NCBI GenBank assembly: GCA_044450345.1
Contig: JBIOIY010000056.1
Span: 1 to 19,468 of the forward strand
DNA length: 19,468 nt
Direction of reading: 5' to 3'
Origin: Thermodesulfovibrionales bacterium
GTDB lineage: Bacteria; Nitrospirota; Thermodesulfovibrionia; Thermodesulfovibrionales; UBA6898
In this document: positions 7,523-16,215 of the stretch, one piece after another
Numbering within the stretch: the stretch's first letter is position 1
How the letters are laid out: every line of letters starts with the position of its first letter
Notes under the pieces: generated by a model
What the model was told of the DNA's origin: nothing
Seen by the model: the letters and a program-made list of their open reading frames with translations, nothing else
Database searches by the model: none
Program-made: the position numbers and the translations under genes

Positions 7523-8740
7523 ATGGGGAATGAAGACCTCTCGAAACTGAAGATAGACAAGTCCGAGGCCGTTGTAGGGCCTAAGAAACAGAAGAAACTC
7601 TTCCGTGCGGTCGCTGCCCTGGCGGTCTTCCTCCTTTTGGTCGTCCTTTATATAAACGGCGTATTCACCCCTGCCGTGAAGGTTGAGACCGCATCCGTAA
7701 CGCAGACATATCCTTCCCAGGCCTTCACCCTCCTGAACGCAAGCGGCTACGTGGTTGCCCAGCGCAAGGCGGCCATAGCATCGAAGGCAACCGGCCGGCT
7801 GGTCTCGCTTTCAGTGGAAGAAGGCAGCAGGGTAAAAAAGGGCGATATAGTCGCCAGGCTCGAAAGCGAAGACGTGATCGCCTTGAAGGAACAGGCAGCG
7901 GAAAATCTGAATGCGGCGAAGGCGGGTCTCGAACAGGCGAAGGCCGAGCTCCATGACGCGACGCTGCAATTCAACAGGAGCAGGGAACTGTTCGGAAAGG
8001 GCTTTATCTCCCGGACCGATTTGGATACTGCGGAAGCGCGCTATAAAAAAGCTGTCGCCGGAGTTGCAAGTGCCGAAGCGACTATCAAGGCGAATAAGGC
8101 GGCGCTTCAGGGCGCCAACGCCGCGGTAGAGTACACGCTTATCCGTGCACCCTTCGATGCCGTTGTCCTGACAAAGGACGCCGACATCGGAGATATGGTC
8201 ACCCCGTTCGGGGCGGCCGCAAACGCAAAGGCGGCTGTCGTCACGATCGCAGATATGGGCTCTCTCCAGGTAGAGGTCGATGTCTCCGAGTCTAATATCG
8301 AGAAGGTAAAGAAGGAGCAGCCCTGCGAGATACAGCTCGACGCGTTTCCCGAGGCGCGTTTTCGGGGTGCGGTACATATGATCGTGCCAACGGCCGACAG
8401 GACTAAGGCGACTGTGCTCGTGAAGGTCGCTTTCCTGGACAAGGACGTCCGCATACTTCCGGAGATGTCGGCGAAGGTGTCTTTCCTCGAAAGGCCGGTT
8501 GCAGCGGCCGAAGAAAGCCCCCACACCGCGATAAACCCTTCGGCAATAGTCACGAAGGACGGCAGGAAGTTCGTGTTCCTTATTAAAGACGGGCGTGTCA
8601 TCGAGGCATCGATAACTACAGGCCGGCAGATTGGAGACATGACAGAGGTCACGGCAGGGCTTAAGACGGGAGACAAGATAGTCCTGAAACCCTCCGGTAA
8701 ATTAAAGACCGGCTCCAAGATAAAAGTTGCGGAGCAGTAG
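7523..8740 (+). CDS. Efflux periplasmic adaptor / membrane fusion protein (HlyD/MacA-like)
   Basis: N-terminal TM, LNASGYVVAQRKA, V.EGSRVKKGDIVARL lipoyl half, coiled-coil hairpin, IRAPFD, VEVDVSE, LPEMSAKV. Confidence 0.95.
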   Translation: MGNEDLSKLKIDKSEAVVGPKKQKKLFRAVAALAVFLLLVVLYINGVFTPAVKVETASVTQTYPSQAFTLLNASGYVVAQRKAAIASKATGRLVSLSVEEGSRVKKGDIVARLESEDVIALKEQAAENLNAAKAGLEQAKAELHDATLQFNRSRELFGKGFISRTDLDTAEARYKKAVAGVASAEATIKANKAALQGANAAVEYTLIRAPFDAVVLTKDADIGDMVTPFGAAANAKAAVVTIADMGSLQVEVDVSESNIEKVKKEQPCEIQLDAFPEARFRGAVHMIVPTADRTKATVLVKVAFLDKDVRILPEMSAKVSFLERPVAAAEESPHTAINPSAIVTKDGRKFVFLIKDGRVIEASITTGRQIGDMTEVTAGLKTGDKIVLKPSGKLKTGSKIKVAEQ

Positions 8741-9451
8741 ATGGGCGATTCTAGGCCGATCATCGTCGAGACAAGGAATATCTTTAAGTCCTACAGGCGC
8801 GGCAGTCAGATAGTTCCGGTGCTCGAGGACATCACTTTCGACATCATCGAGGGTGAATTTCTCGCGCTGATGGGGCCTTCCGGCTCGGGAAAGAGCACGC
8901 TATTAAATCTCATCGCAGGCATCGACAAGGCCGACTCGGGTACCATAAAGGTCGGAGGGATCGACATCACCACCCTTTCAGAAACAGACCTCGCGGGCTG
9001 GCGTGCGACGCACGTCGGGTTCATCTTCCAGTTCTATAACCTTATGCCTGTCCTGACTGCGTTCGAAAACGTGGAACTGCCGCTGCTCCTGACAAGGCTT
9101 TCGCGCAGGGAAAGAAAAGAGCATGTCGATATGGCGCTCAAGGCCGTGAGTCTCTTGGACAGGATGGACCATTACCCTTCGCAATTGTCAGGAGGCCAGC
9201 AGCAGAGGGTCGCCATCGCCCGAGCGTTCGTGACCGACCCGGCGATACTTGTTGCGGACGAGCCGACCGGCGACCTGGACCGGCGTTCGGCAGAGGAGAC
9301 ACTGGACCTTATGGAGCGCCTCGTCGACGAATTCGGCAAGACGATCATCATGGTCACGCACGACCCCCGCGCAGCAAGCAAGGCACATATCATCAAGCAC
9401 CTCGAAAAAGGCGTCCTGACAGACAATGGGCCTGCTCAAGCTGCTGTTTAA
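8741..9451 (+). CDS. ABC transporter ATP-binding protein (LolD/MacB-type)
   Basis: Walker A GPSGSGKST, GFIFQFYNL, LSGGQQQRVAIARA, ILVADEPTGDLD, MVTHD. Confidence 0.97.
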   Translation: MGDSRPIIVETRNIFKSYRRGSQIVPVLEDITFDIIEGEFLALMGPSGSGKSTLLNLIAGIDKADSGTIKVGGIDITTLSETDLAGWRATHVGFIFQFYNLMPVLTAFENVELPLLLTRLSRRERKEHVDMALKAVSLLDRMDHYPSQLSGGQQQRVAIARAFVTDPAILVADEPTGDLDRRSAEETLDLMERLVDEFGKTIIMVTHDPRAASKAHIIKHLEKGVLTDNGPAQAAV

Positions 9452-10583
9452 GAACGCCTTCCGCCACAAGCTCCGTACGTTCCTGACGGTGCTCGGCATC
9501 ACGATCGCCATCCTCTCCTTCGGCATGCTTCGCACGATCGTCGGAGCGTGGTATGCCGGGGTCGAGGCTTCTTCCGCCACACGCCTGGTCACGAGGAACT
9601 CGGTCTCCCTCGTCTTCTTCCTGCCCATCTCATATAAGGAAAAAATCCGGCAGGTACCCGGGGTGACAGAGGTCGGCTACTCTGACTGGTTCGGGGGGAT
9701 ATACATAGAGGAGAAGAATTTCTTCCCGAACTTCGCTACAGATGCAAAGACGGCCATGGAACTCTTCCCTGAATTCATAGTCCCTGAGGGCCAGAGGAAC
9801 GCCTTTATGCACGATAGAAAAGGGGCCGTCGTCGGCAGGAAGACCGCGCAGAGGTTCGGCTGGAAGATAGGGGACCTTGTGACACTCAAAGGGACGATCT
9901 TTCCCGGGAACTGGGAATTCGTCATCCGGGGGATTTACCGGGGGGCGCAGAAGAGCACTGATGAGACCCAGTTCTTCTTCCACTGGAGCTACCTGAATGA
10001 GTCCCTGAAAAAGACGGCGCCGTACCGTGCGGACAAGGTAGGGTGGTTCCTCGTAGGGGTGAAAAGCCCTGATGTGGCGGCCGATGTCGCGGTGGAGATC
10101 GACAAGCTCTTCAAAAATTCTCTGGCAGAAACCATAACCGAGACAGAGAAGGCGTTTCAGCTGAGCTTTATATCCATGACAGAGGCGATCGTGGTCGTTA
10201 TACAACTGGTCTCGATCATCGTAATCATCATTATCATGGCCGTGATGGCCAATACAATGGCGATGACCGTAAGGGAGCGGACCGGAGAATATGCGATCAT
10301 GAAGACGCTCGGGTTCGGCGGCTGGTATATCGCCGGGCTCATCCTCGGCGAGTCACTGGTGATAGCCGGGGTCGGCTCGGCCCTGGGGATAGGCCTCACC
10401 TTCCCTGCGGCAAAGGCGTTCGGCAATTCGTTGAGCCAGTATTTCCCTATCTTTAATGTATCCAGAAGCACCATTTATCTGGAGATGGCTGCCGGCCTCA
10501 TTGTCGCGGTTGTCGCCGCCGTCTTCCCGATCTGGCGCGCCATCCGGCTGCGGATCGCCGACGGCCTCAGGAGGATAGGATAA
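9426..10583 (+). CDS. ABC transporter permease (MacB/FtsX-like)
   Basis: FRHKLRTFLTVLGI TM1, large periplasmic loop, NTMAMTVRERTGEYAIMKTLGF FtsX motif, three C-terminal TMs. Overlaps the ATPase gene by 26 nt. Confidence 0.95.
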   Translation: MGLLKLLFKNAFRHKLRTFLTVLGITIAILSFGMLRTIVGAWYAGVEASSATRLVTRNSVSLVFFLPISYKEKIRQVPGVTEVGYSDWFGGIYIEEKNFFPNFATDAKTAMELFPEFIVPEGQRNAFMHDRKGAVVGRKTAQRFGWKIGDLVTLKGTIFPGNWEFVIRGIYRGAQKSTDETQFFFHWSYLNESLKKTAPYRADKVGWFLVGVKSPDVAADVAVEIDKLFKNSLAETITETEKAFQLSFISMTEAIVVVIQLVSIIVIIIIMAVMANTMAMTVRERTGEYAIMKTLGFGGWYIAGLILGESLVIAGVGSALGIGLTFPAAKAFGNSLSQYFPIFNVSRSTIYLEMAAGLIVAVVAAVFPIWRAIRLRIADGLRRIG

Positions 10584-11750
10584 ATGGCCATCCCTGTTTC
10601 ATACAGCTTCAGGAACCTCTGGACAAGAAGGCTCACCACTATACTCACCGCCGGGGGTATGGCGCTCGTGGTCTTCGTCTTCGCATCGGTCCTTATGCTC
10701 GCCGAGGGACTCAGGAAGACCCTCATCGAGACGGGATCGTTTGACAATGTGGTCGTCATTCGCAAGGGGTCTCAATCAGAGATGCAGAGCGGCATACCAC
10801 GTGCACATGCGTCCATTGTAGAGACAGACCCGGGGATAGCGATCGGGCCCGCAGGGAAACCCTTTCTTGCAAAGGAACTGGTGGTTATAATAAACCTTCC
10901 CAAGCGCGGAAGCGATAAGCCTTCGAACATCACGATCAGAGGGATAGGCGAATTTTCACTTGTCTTGCGGCCCCAGGTGAAGCTCGTTGACGGACGGATG
11001 CCGAAACCCGGATCGGCCGAGGTAATAGCCGGCGAGAGCGTTGCCAAGAGGTTCAGGGGCGCGGGCATCAATGAAAAGATCCGCTTTGCGATGCAGGACT
11101 GGATCGTGGTCGGTATATTCGATGCGGGCAAGACAGGATACAGCTCCGAGATCTGGGGCGACGTGGACCAGCTCATGCAGGCGTTCCGGAGGCCTGCATA
11201 TTCTTCCGTGCTCTTTAAGCTCCGGGACCCTTCTGAGTTTACGAAGGTAAGAGAACGGATCGAACACGATCCCCGCCTCACCCTGGAGGCAAAACGCGAG
11301 ACAAAATATTACGCGGACCAGTCCGAGATGATGGCGCAGTTTCTCCGCATTCTCGGGATATCGCTTACCGTAATCTTCTCCCTCGGCGCTATGATAGGAG
11401 CAATGATAACCATGTACGCAGCGGTTGCAAACCGCACGGCAGAGATCGGTACGCTCCGGGCGCTCGGTTTCCGGAGGAGGAACATCCTCATATCGTTTTT
11501 GGTCGAATCGATGCTGCTCGGTCTGAGCGGCGGTCTCATAGGTCTGCTCTTTGCCTCCTGCATGCAGTTCATCACGATCTCGACAGTCAACTGGCAGACT
11601 TTTTCCGAACTCGCCTTTTCGTTCACCCTGACCCCTGAGATTACGATAAGCTCTCTGGCCTTCTCTATGATCATGGGGTTCATAGGCGGCGTGCTCCCTG
11701 CGCTCAGGGCGTCACGTATGAATATAGTGGACGCGCTGAGGACGAGCTAG
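10584..11750 (+). CDS. ABC transporter permease (MacB/FtsX-like), second subunit
   Basis: RNLWTRRLTTILTAGG TM1, TMYAAVANRTAEIGTLRALGF, PALRASRMNIVDALR. Abuts the previous stop codon. Confidence 0.95.
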   Translation: MAIPVSYSFRNLWTRRLTTILTAGGMALVVFVFASVLMLAEGLRKTLIETGSFDNVVVIRKGSQSEMQSGIPRAHASIVETDPGIAIGPAGKPFLAKELVVIINLPKRGSDKPSNITIRGIGEFSLVLRPQVKLVDGRMPKPGSAEVIAGESVAKRFRGAGINEKIRFAMQDWIVVGIFDAGKTGYSSEIWGDVDQLMQAFRRPAYSSVLFKLRDPSEFTKVRERIEHDPRLTLEAKRETKYYADQSEMMAQFLRILGISLTVIFSLGAMIGAMITMYAAVANRTAEIGTLRALGFRRRNILISFLVESMLLGLSGGLIGLLFASCMQFITISTVNWQTFSELAFSFTLTPEITISSLAFSMIMGFIGGVLPALRASRMNIVDALRTS

Positions 11751-11799
11751 TTTCCGGCCTGACAGTTATTTGCAGCAGGGGCACCTCTCGTCTCCGCGC

Positions 11800-12810
11800 T
11801 CAGGCGATCGCCGGCGTATTATTGGATGAGAGTAAATCCAGCAGCTGGAGATGGAACTTCTTTTTGTTCCTTTTCTGTTCGTACATCAACCCATCGGCCT
11901 TGGCGATCAGATCGTCGATGGAACACTGACTCCCCGGTTCAAGGCGGGCTATGCCGACGCTTATCGAGAGCGTGTAGCTGCGCTCATATCTGAGATTGTG
12001 CAGTTCTATTTTCCTTTGCAGACGGGCGGTGTATACACCGAGTTTATCATGAGACGGTTCGATCAGGAGAACAACGAATTCATCTCCTCCGATGCGGGCT
12101 ATTATATCTACGTCGCGAAAACATTCCCTGAGGATGGCTGCAGTCTCGATGAGCGCCCGGTCGCCTTCCTGATGTCCGAACGTATCATTGATCTTTTTTA
12201 AATCGTCCAGATCCGCGGAAAGCAGCGACATCCCTTTTTTCAGGCGCTGCGATATCTTTAACTGCTGCCCGGCCAGGGCAAAAAAGCCCCGCCTGTTGAA
12301 GAGGCCCGTAAGTTCATCCGTATTGGACAGGTTGAGCAGTTTCTCTTCATTCATTTTGAGTTCGCTGATGTCCTTTGAGATCACGGACACCGCCGCTATT
12401 TTCCCATCGGTTTCTATTATGGGACTCAATGTGCGAAGAAAATATCTGCCGTCCCTGTGACTTCTGTGCACATGTTGGACGGACTTCCCTGTACGGAATA
12501 CCTCAATGACCTTCTCGATAAAAAATCGCGTTTCATCGGGGGAATGGGACCTGCCGTATGGCTGTCCCACTATTTGTCCGCTCGTAAGGCCTAACCTTGA
12601 CTCGTGTTTCTTGTTCATGAAGAGATACCTGTATTTCCTGTCTATGAGATATATGGAGTCATCGGTAGATTCGACGACGAGACGATATTTATCCTCCCCT
12701 CCCTTCAGTAACGCGGGGAAGACTTCCGGTGTCTTTATATCGGGAAGGCATTGAGGGGGCCCTGTCCCGTCGTTCGATGGCTGTCTCTTTGTCTTGTCCC
12801 CGTCTTTCAT
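11800..12810 (-). CDS. PAS-domain diguanylate cyclase
   Basis: Start ATG 12810 with GGAG RBS. PAS (KYRLVVESTDDSIYLID...ISKDISELK), TDELTGLFNRRGF, DLDDLKKINDTFGHQEGD, RDVD I-site, RIGGDEF. Confidence 0.93.
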   Translation of the reverse strand: MKDGDKTKRQPSNDGTGPPQCLPDIKTPEVFPALLKGGEDKYRLVVESTDDSIYLIDRKYRYLFMNKKHESRLGLTSGQIVGQPYGRSHSPDETRFFIEKVIEVFRTGKSVQHVHRSHRDGRYFLRTLSPIIETDGKIAAVSVISKDISELKMNEEKLLNLSNTDELTGLFNRRGFFALAGQQLKISQRLKKGMSLLSADLDDLKKINDTFGHQEGDRALIETAAILRECFRDVDIIARIGGDEFVVLLIEPSHDKLGVYTARLQRKIELHNLRYERSYTLSISVGIARLEPGSQCSIDDLIAKADGLMYEQKRNKKKFHLQLLDLLSSNNTPAIA

Positions 12811-13223
12811 AAACAACTCCAACATTAAAATATTGCAAGAAATATGCCCCCAGTCAGGGACGATACGGCAAATCATATCAAAACAGCGGCGAACTGCTGG
12901 AAGTCACCGTATCTTATTGATTTCGCCGCCCCAAAAGAGAGTATATGAGACCTTCCCCACTCCTTTAATAAAGGTGTACATCTCCCGCGTTTCCCTCCAT
13001 TATTTGACATAGTGAAATCATCTTCTCTAATTATGTATTGAAAGTGTCATCCTCCTTCGATAATTGCAATACGTTTTACGATGAATAACAAATTGATTTT
13101 TACAAGAATAAATCCCTTTTTTTAGCGGGCGCGATGGTTGGAGGCAGCGGGAAATAGGAAGCGGGAAGTAATCTTAAAGGGGTTCTCTTTTTAGCGGTTA
13201 CGGTCTGTCCTGGAGTTACCGGG

Positions 13224-13925
13224 TCAGTCGGCCTTGTCGAGGACCAGGACGAATTCCTGCAGTTTCATCCTGTCCCCCTCAGAAATCTCGACAAACTCTA
13301 TCCCGATGTCATAGCGCGAATCGCCCTCCTCACCGGTCTTTAAACAGGAGGCGATCCTCCCCACAAACTTTATCTGCGTATCTCCGGAGAGAAGGATTTC
13401 CATGGGAATTCTTTCCTCGATTTCGAGCGGACCTTCGCTTGAGATGAGCATGCCTCCGAGGCTGAGCTTAACGACTGCATAACTCTCAGCGACGTCCAGG
13501 ACCGCTTTCTTCAGGGTCGAGGGGACGAGGAACCTCATGCTGCATCTCATCCCGCCGGCCTTATCCACTTCTTCGCGCAAGAAGTTCGCGTGTACATCGA
13601 GGAAATTCGTGAGTTCCCGCATTTTGTCGGTTGACATGGTGACAAATTTTATGCCCGCGGTATAAATCGGTATTACTTCGCCCCGTATGCCCTTTTTCGT
13701 CCCGCTCATCCTTGACCAGACAACGGAGCCCTTTAATGAAATGGTCTTATTGCCATCCCCTACATTGAGCGTATATACGCTGCCCATGTTGAGCCGTCTG
13801 TCTACCCTGATCGAGATTCCGCCGACGCTGATATCATGGATCTCGACCTCATTGGCGAACATCATTTTGCCGTTGATCCCTAGGATATCGACCGAAAATC
13901 TCTTATATCTTCTATTTTCCCGCAT
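13224..13925 (-). CDS. Tandem PilZ-domain protein
   Basis: Start ATG 13925 (AGGGGG RBS). PilZ1: RRYKR + DISVGG + GIKF. PilZ2: RCSMR + KLSLGG + GIEF. Confidence 0.9.
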   Translation of the reverse strand: MRENRRYKRFSVDILGINGKMMFANEVEIHDISVGGISIRVDRRLNMGSVYTLNVGDGNKTISLKGSVVWSRMSGTKKGIRGEVIPIYTAGIKFVTMSTDKMRELTNFLDVHANFLREEVDKAGGMRCSMRFLVPSTLKKAVLDVAESYAVVKLSLGGMLISSEGPLEIEERIPMEILLSGDTQIKFVGRIASCLKTGEEGDSRYDIGIEFVEISEGDRMKLQEFVLVLDKAD

Positions 13926-14008
13926 CCGGTTTCCCCCTGTCTCCTGCCTGCGTATACCCATCATGCGGGTACGGATAGGCTGGGCGACCCCAATGGCACT
14001 TTTTTTAT

Positions 14009-14037
14009 ATCATAACGACGAGACGCATAATAATCAA
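14009..14037 (-). promoter_or_regulatory. sigma70 promoter for the PilZ gene
   Basis: Minus strand TTGATT-17 bp-TATGAT. Confidence 0.65.
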
Positions 14038-14105
14038 GCGTTCTGAAAAACCACAATCCGCTCTTAGCTCCGGGGGTTCCACCGTCTGCATGCAGCCGTG
14101 TTTTG

Positions 14106-14134
14106 TTGACAGCCGATACATAAGCGGGTACGAT
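14106..14134 (+). promoter_or_regulatory. sigma70 promoter for the thioesterase
   Basis: TTGACA-17 bp-TACGAT. Confidence 0.75.
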
Positions 14135-14177
14135 TTGTTATCACGAGATGCGGGGTAGGTGGGTAAGGAAAATGTCG

Positions 14178-14684
14178 ATGATGGAAGGCAAAAAGGTGGC
14201 GGACAGCAGCGTAATTATCGCGCAGGTGATGATCCCTCAGGACGCGAACCCTGCCGGCAATGTTCACGGCGGGGTCATCATGAAGCTCATCGATACCGCC
14301 GCAGCCGTTGCGGCAAGCAGACATGCGAGGTGCAATACTGTAACGGCCTCTATCGACAGGCTCGACTTTCACCACGCGGTATATGTGGGCGACCTTCTTT
14401 TCTTCAAGGCCGGCCTGAACATGGTCGGCAGGACTTCGATGGAAGTGGGAGTCAGGGTTGAGGCGGAGAATATCTTCACAGGTGAGATCAGACATACCGC
14501 CTCGGCCTATCTCACCTTTGTGGCGCTTGACAAGGAGGGTAGGCCTACCGGGGTGCCTCCGCTTGTTCTCGAAACGGATGAAGAGAAGAGGCGCAACCGT
14601 GAGGCGCTCAAAAGAAAAGAGATCCGGCTTGCCGAGAAAAAGCGGGAAGAAAGCTGCCAGCTCGATCGCCGAAGCTGCACGTAG
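14178..14684 (+). CDS. Acyl-CoA thioesterase (hotdog fold, YciA-like)
   Basis: PQDANPAGNVHGGVIMKLID, VTASIDRLDF, VGRTSMEVGVRV, AYLTFVALD. Start is 14172, 14178 or 14181; the AAGGA RBS best fits 14178. Confidence 0.95.
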   Translation: MMEGKKVADSSVIIAQVMIPQDANPAGNVHGGVIMKLIDTAAAVAASRHARCNTVTASIDRLDFHHAVYVGDLLFFKAGLNMVGRTSMEVGVRVEAENIFTGEIRHTASAYLTFVALDKEGRPTGVPPLVLETDEEKRRNREALKRKEIRLAEKKREESCQLDRRSCT

Positions 14685-14710
14685 AAGAGTCTTTGCGCGG
14701 AAACAGATTC

Positions 14711-15784
14711 TCAATGTTTCTTGAGCGGCAGGCGGATCGTAAAGGTGCTTCCTTTCCCAGGGGCACTCTCGACAGAGATGGTGCCTCTGTGCTCCTGAAC
14801 CACTTTCAAAGTGTAGGTGAGGCCGAGGCCAGGACCATATATCTTCGACGTAAAGAGCGGTTCGAAGATGTCCTTTATCTTTTCTCTCGATATCCCTTTC
14901 CCGTTATCTGAGACCCCTATCTCGATGCATCCTTCTGTGACGGAACTTGATAGTCTGAGCACCCTCGGCTCCCCGGTCATGGCCTCGATGGCATTCTGTA
15001 TGAGGTTGGCGATTGCCTGCGTCAGTTGCATGGGATCGGCCTGTATCAGCGGGAGATTATTCGTGAAGTCGGTTTCAACATCTACAGCCTTTTCCTCGAA
15101 CTCCCGTTCAAACAGCATAAGGGCTTTCATGACGACATCATTGACGTTCGTCTGCTCGAGATACGAGAGGGACATTATCTGTATCCCGATGATTTTTTTT
15201 ATCATTTTTTCGAGTTTTGAGACGTCTTCCATGATCATTTCCATGTATTTCCTGTTGAGATTACCCTCAGGGAGGTTGTCGTAAACCCTGCGCGCAAAAC
15301 CTCCTATCGAAACAAGGGGATTTCTTACCTCATGTGCGACCTCGTCCATCATCTGCTCCAGGGCTCCCAGTTTTTCCTCTTCCACCAGTTTTTCGTGTGC
15401 CTGCTTTATCTTCAGGAGAGACCTGACGCGTGCGGAAAGCTCCTTGTAATCAAAGGGCTTCGCCAAATAATCATCGGCTCCGGTATCGAGCCCTTTTACC
15501 TTGTCCGATATCTCGCTTCTTGCCGTCAACATCAGGACCGGGATATACTTTGTATCGATGTTCGCCTTGAGCCTCTCACAAACCTCGTATCCGTTCAGCT
15601 TTGGCATCATGACATCGAGGATAATCAAATCGGGACCGTATGACTCGACGAACGCGAGGCATTCCTCGCCGTCGTAAGCCTCAGAGGTATCATACCCTTC
15701 GGCCCTCAGTCTCTTTCTCAGTAGCTCAACCGTATCCACGGTATCGTCGACAATCAAAATCTTATTGAACCTTTCCATCGGCAT
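14711..15784 (-). CDS. Receiver-histidine kinase hybrid (REC-HisKA-HATPase), cytoplasmic
   Basis: ILIVDD, LDVMMP, LTA, KPF. H-box VAHEVRNPL, N-box NLIQNAIEA, DNGKGI, FEPLFTSK, GPGLGL. Start 15784 or 15778. Confidence 0.93.
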   Translation of the reverse strand: MPMERFNKILIVDDTVDTVELLRKRLRAEGYDTSEAYDGEECLAFVESYGPDLIILDVMMPKLNGYEVCERLKANIDTKYIPVLMLTARSEISDKVKGLDTGADDYLAKPFDYKELSARVRSLLKIKQAHEKLVEEEKLGALEQMMDEVAHEVRNPLVSIGGFARRVYDNLPEGNLNRKYMEMIMEDVSKLEKMIKKIIGIQIMSLSYLEQTNVNDVVMKALMLFEREFEEKAVDVETDFTNNLPLIQADPMQLTQAIANLIQNAIEAMTGEPRVLRLSSSVTEGCIEIGVSDNGKGISREKIKDIFEPLFTSKIYGPGLGLTYTLKVVQEHRGTISVESAPGKGSTFTIRLPLKKH

Positions 15785-16190
15785 TCCTTCTCCCTTCCTC
15801 ATTATCCTTCAGGTAATACCCGATCTGTTCCGGGAGTTCACGAATATCAATAGGTTTCGGTATAAATCCGATACAGCCGGCATTCATTGCCCTCTCCTTA
15901 TCTCCCTTCATGACATGGGCTGTGAGGGCGACGATTGGTATGTCTCTGTACTCTTCCTGACTTTTCAGTCTTCGTATTACCTCATAGCCGTCCATTTTGG
16001 GAAGGGAGATATCCATCAGGATCAGACCGGGTCTTTCATCTTGGGCCTTCCTCAGCGCGTCTTCTCCATCAACGGCCTCGACCATATCGTATCCTCTGTT
16101 CTTCAGCACTTTGACCACGAGTTCACGGTTATCCCTATTATCATCAACGACCAGTATCTTTTGGTGTAAACTCTTATTTATTTTCTCCAT
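15762..16190 (-). CDS. Single-domain response regulator (DivK/CheY-like)
   Basis: ILVVDDN, ILMDISLPKMDG, VALTAH, GFIPKPID. No output domain. Confidence 0.93.
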   Translation of the reverse strand: MEKINKSLHQKILVVDDNRDNRELVVKVLKNRGYDMVEAVDGEDALRKAQDERPGLILMDISLPKMDGYEVIRRLKSQEEYRDIPIVALTAHVMKGDKERAMNAGCIGFIPKPIDIRELPEQIGYYLKDNEEGRRNADGKVQ

Positions 16191-16215
16191 AGTTCTCTCC
16201 GATGCTGCAGAAACA

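Noticed and set aside
7109..7560. Short ORFs 7109..7303, 7173..7442 and 7348..7560
   Set aside because: No RBS or recognisable motifs. They run through the structured repeats.
13094..13107. FNR/CRP-like box TTGATTTTTACAAG
   Set aside because: The right half-site does not fit TTGAT-N4-ATCAA, and AT-rich context makes a chance match likely.
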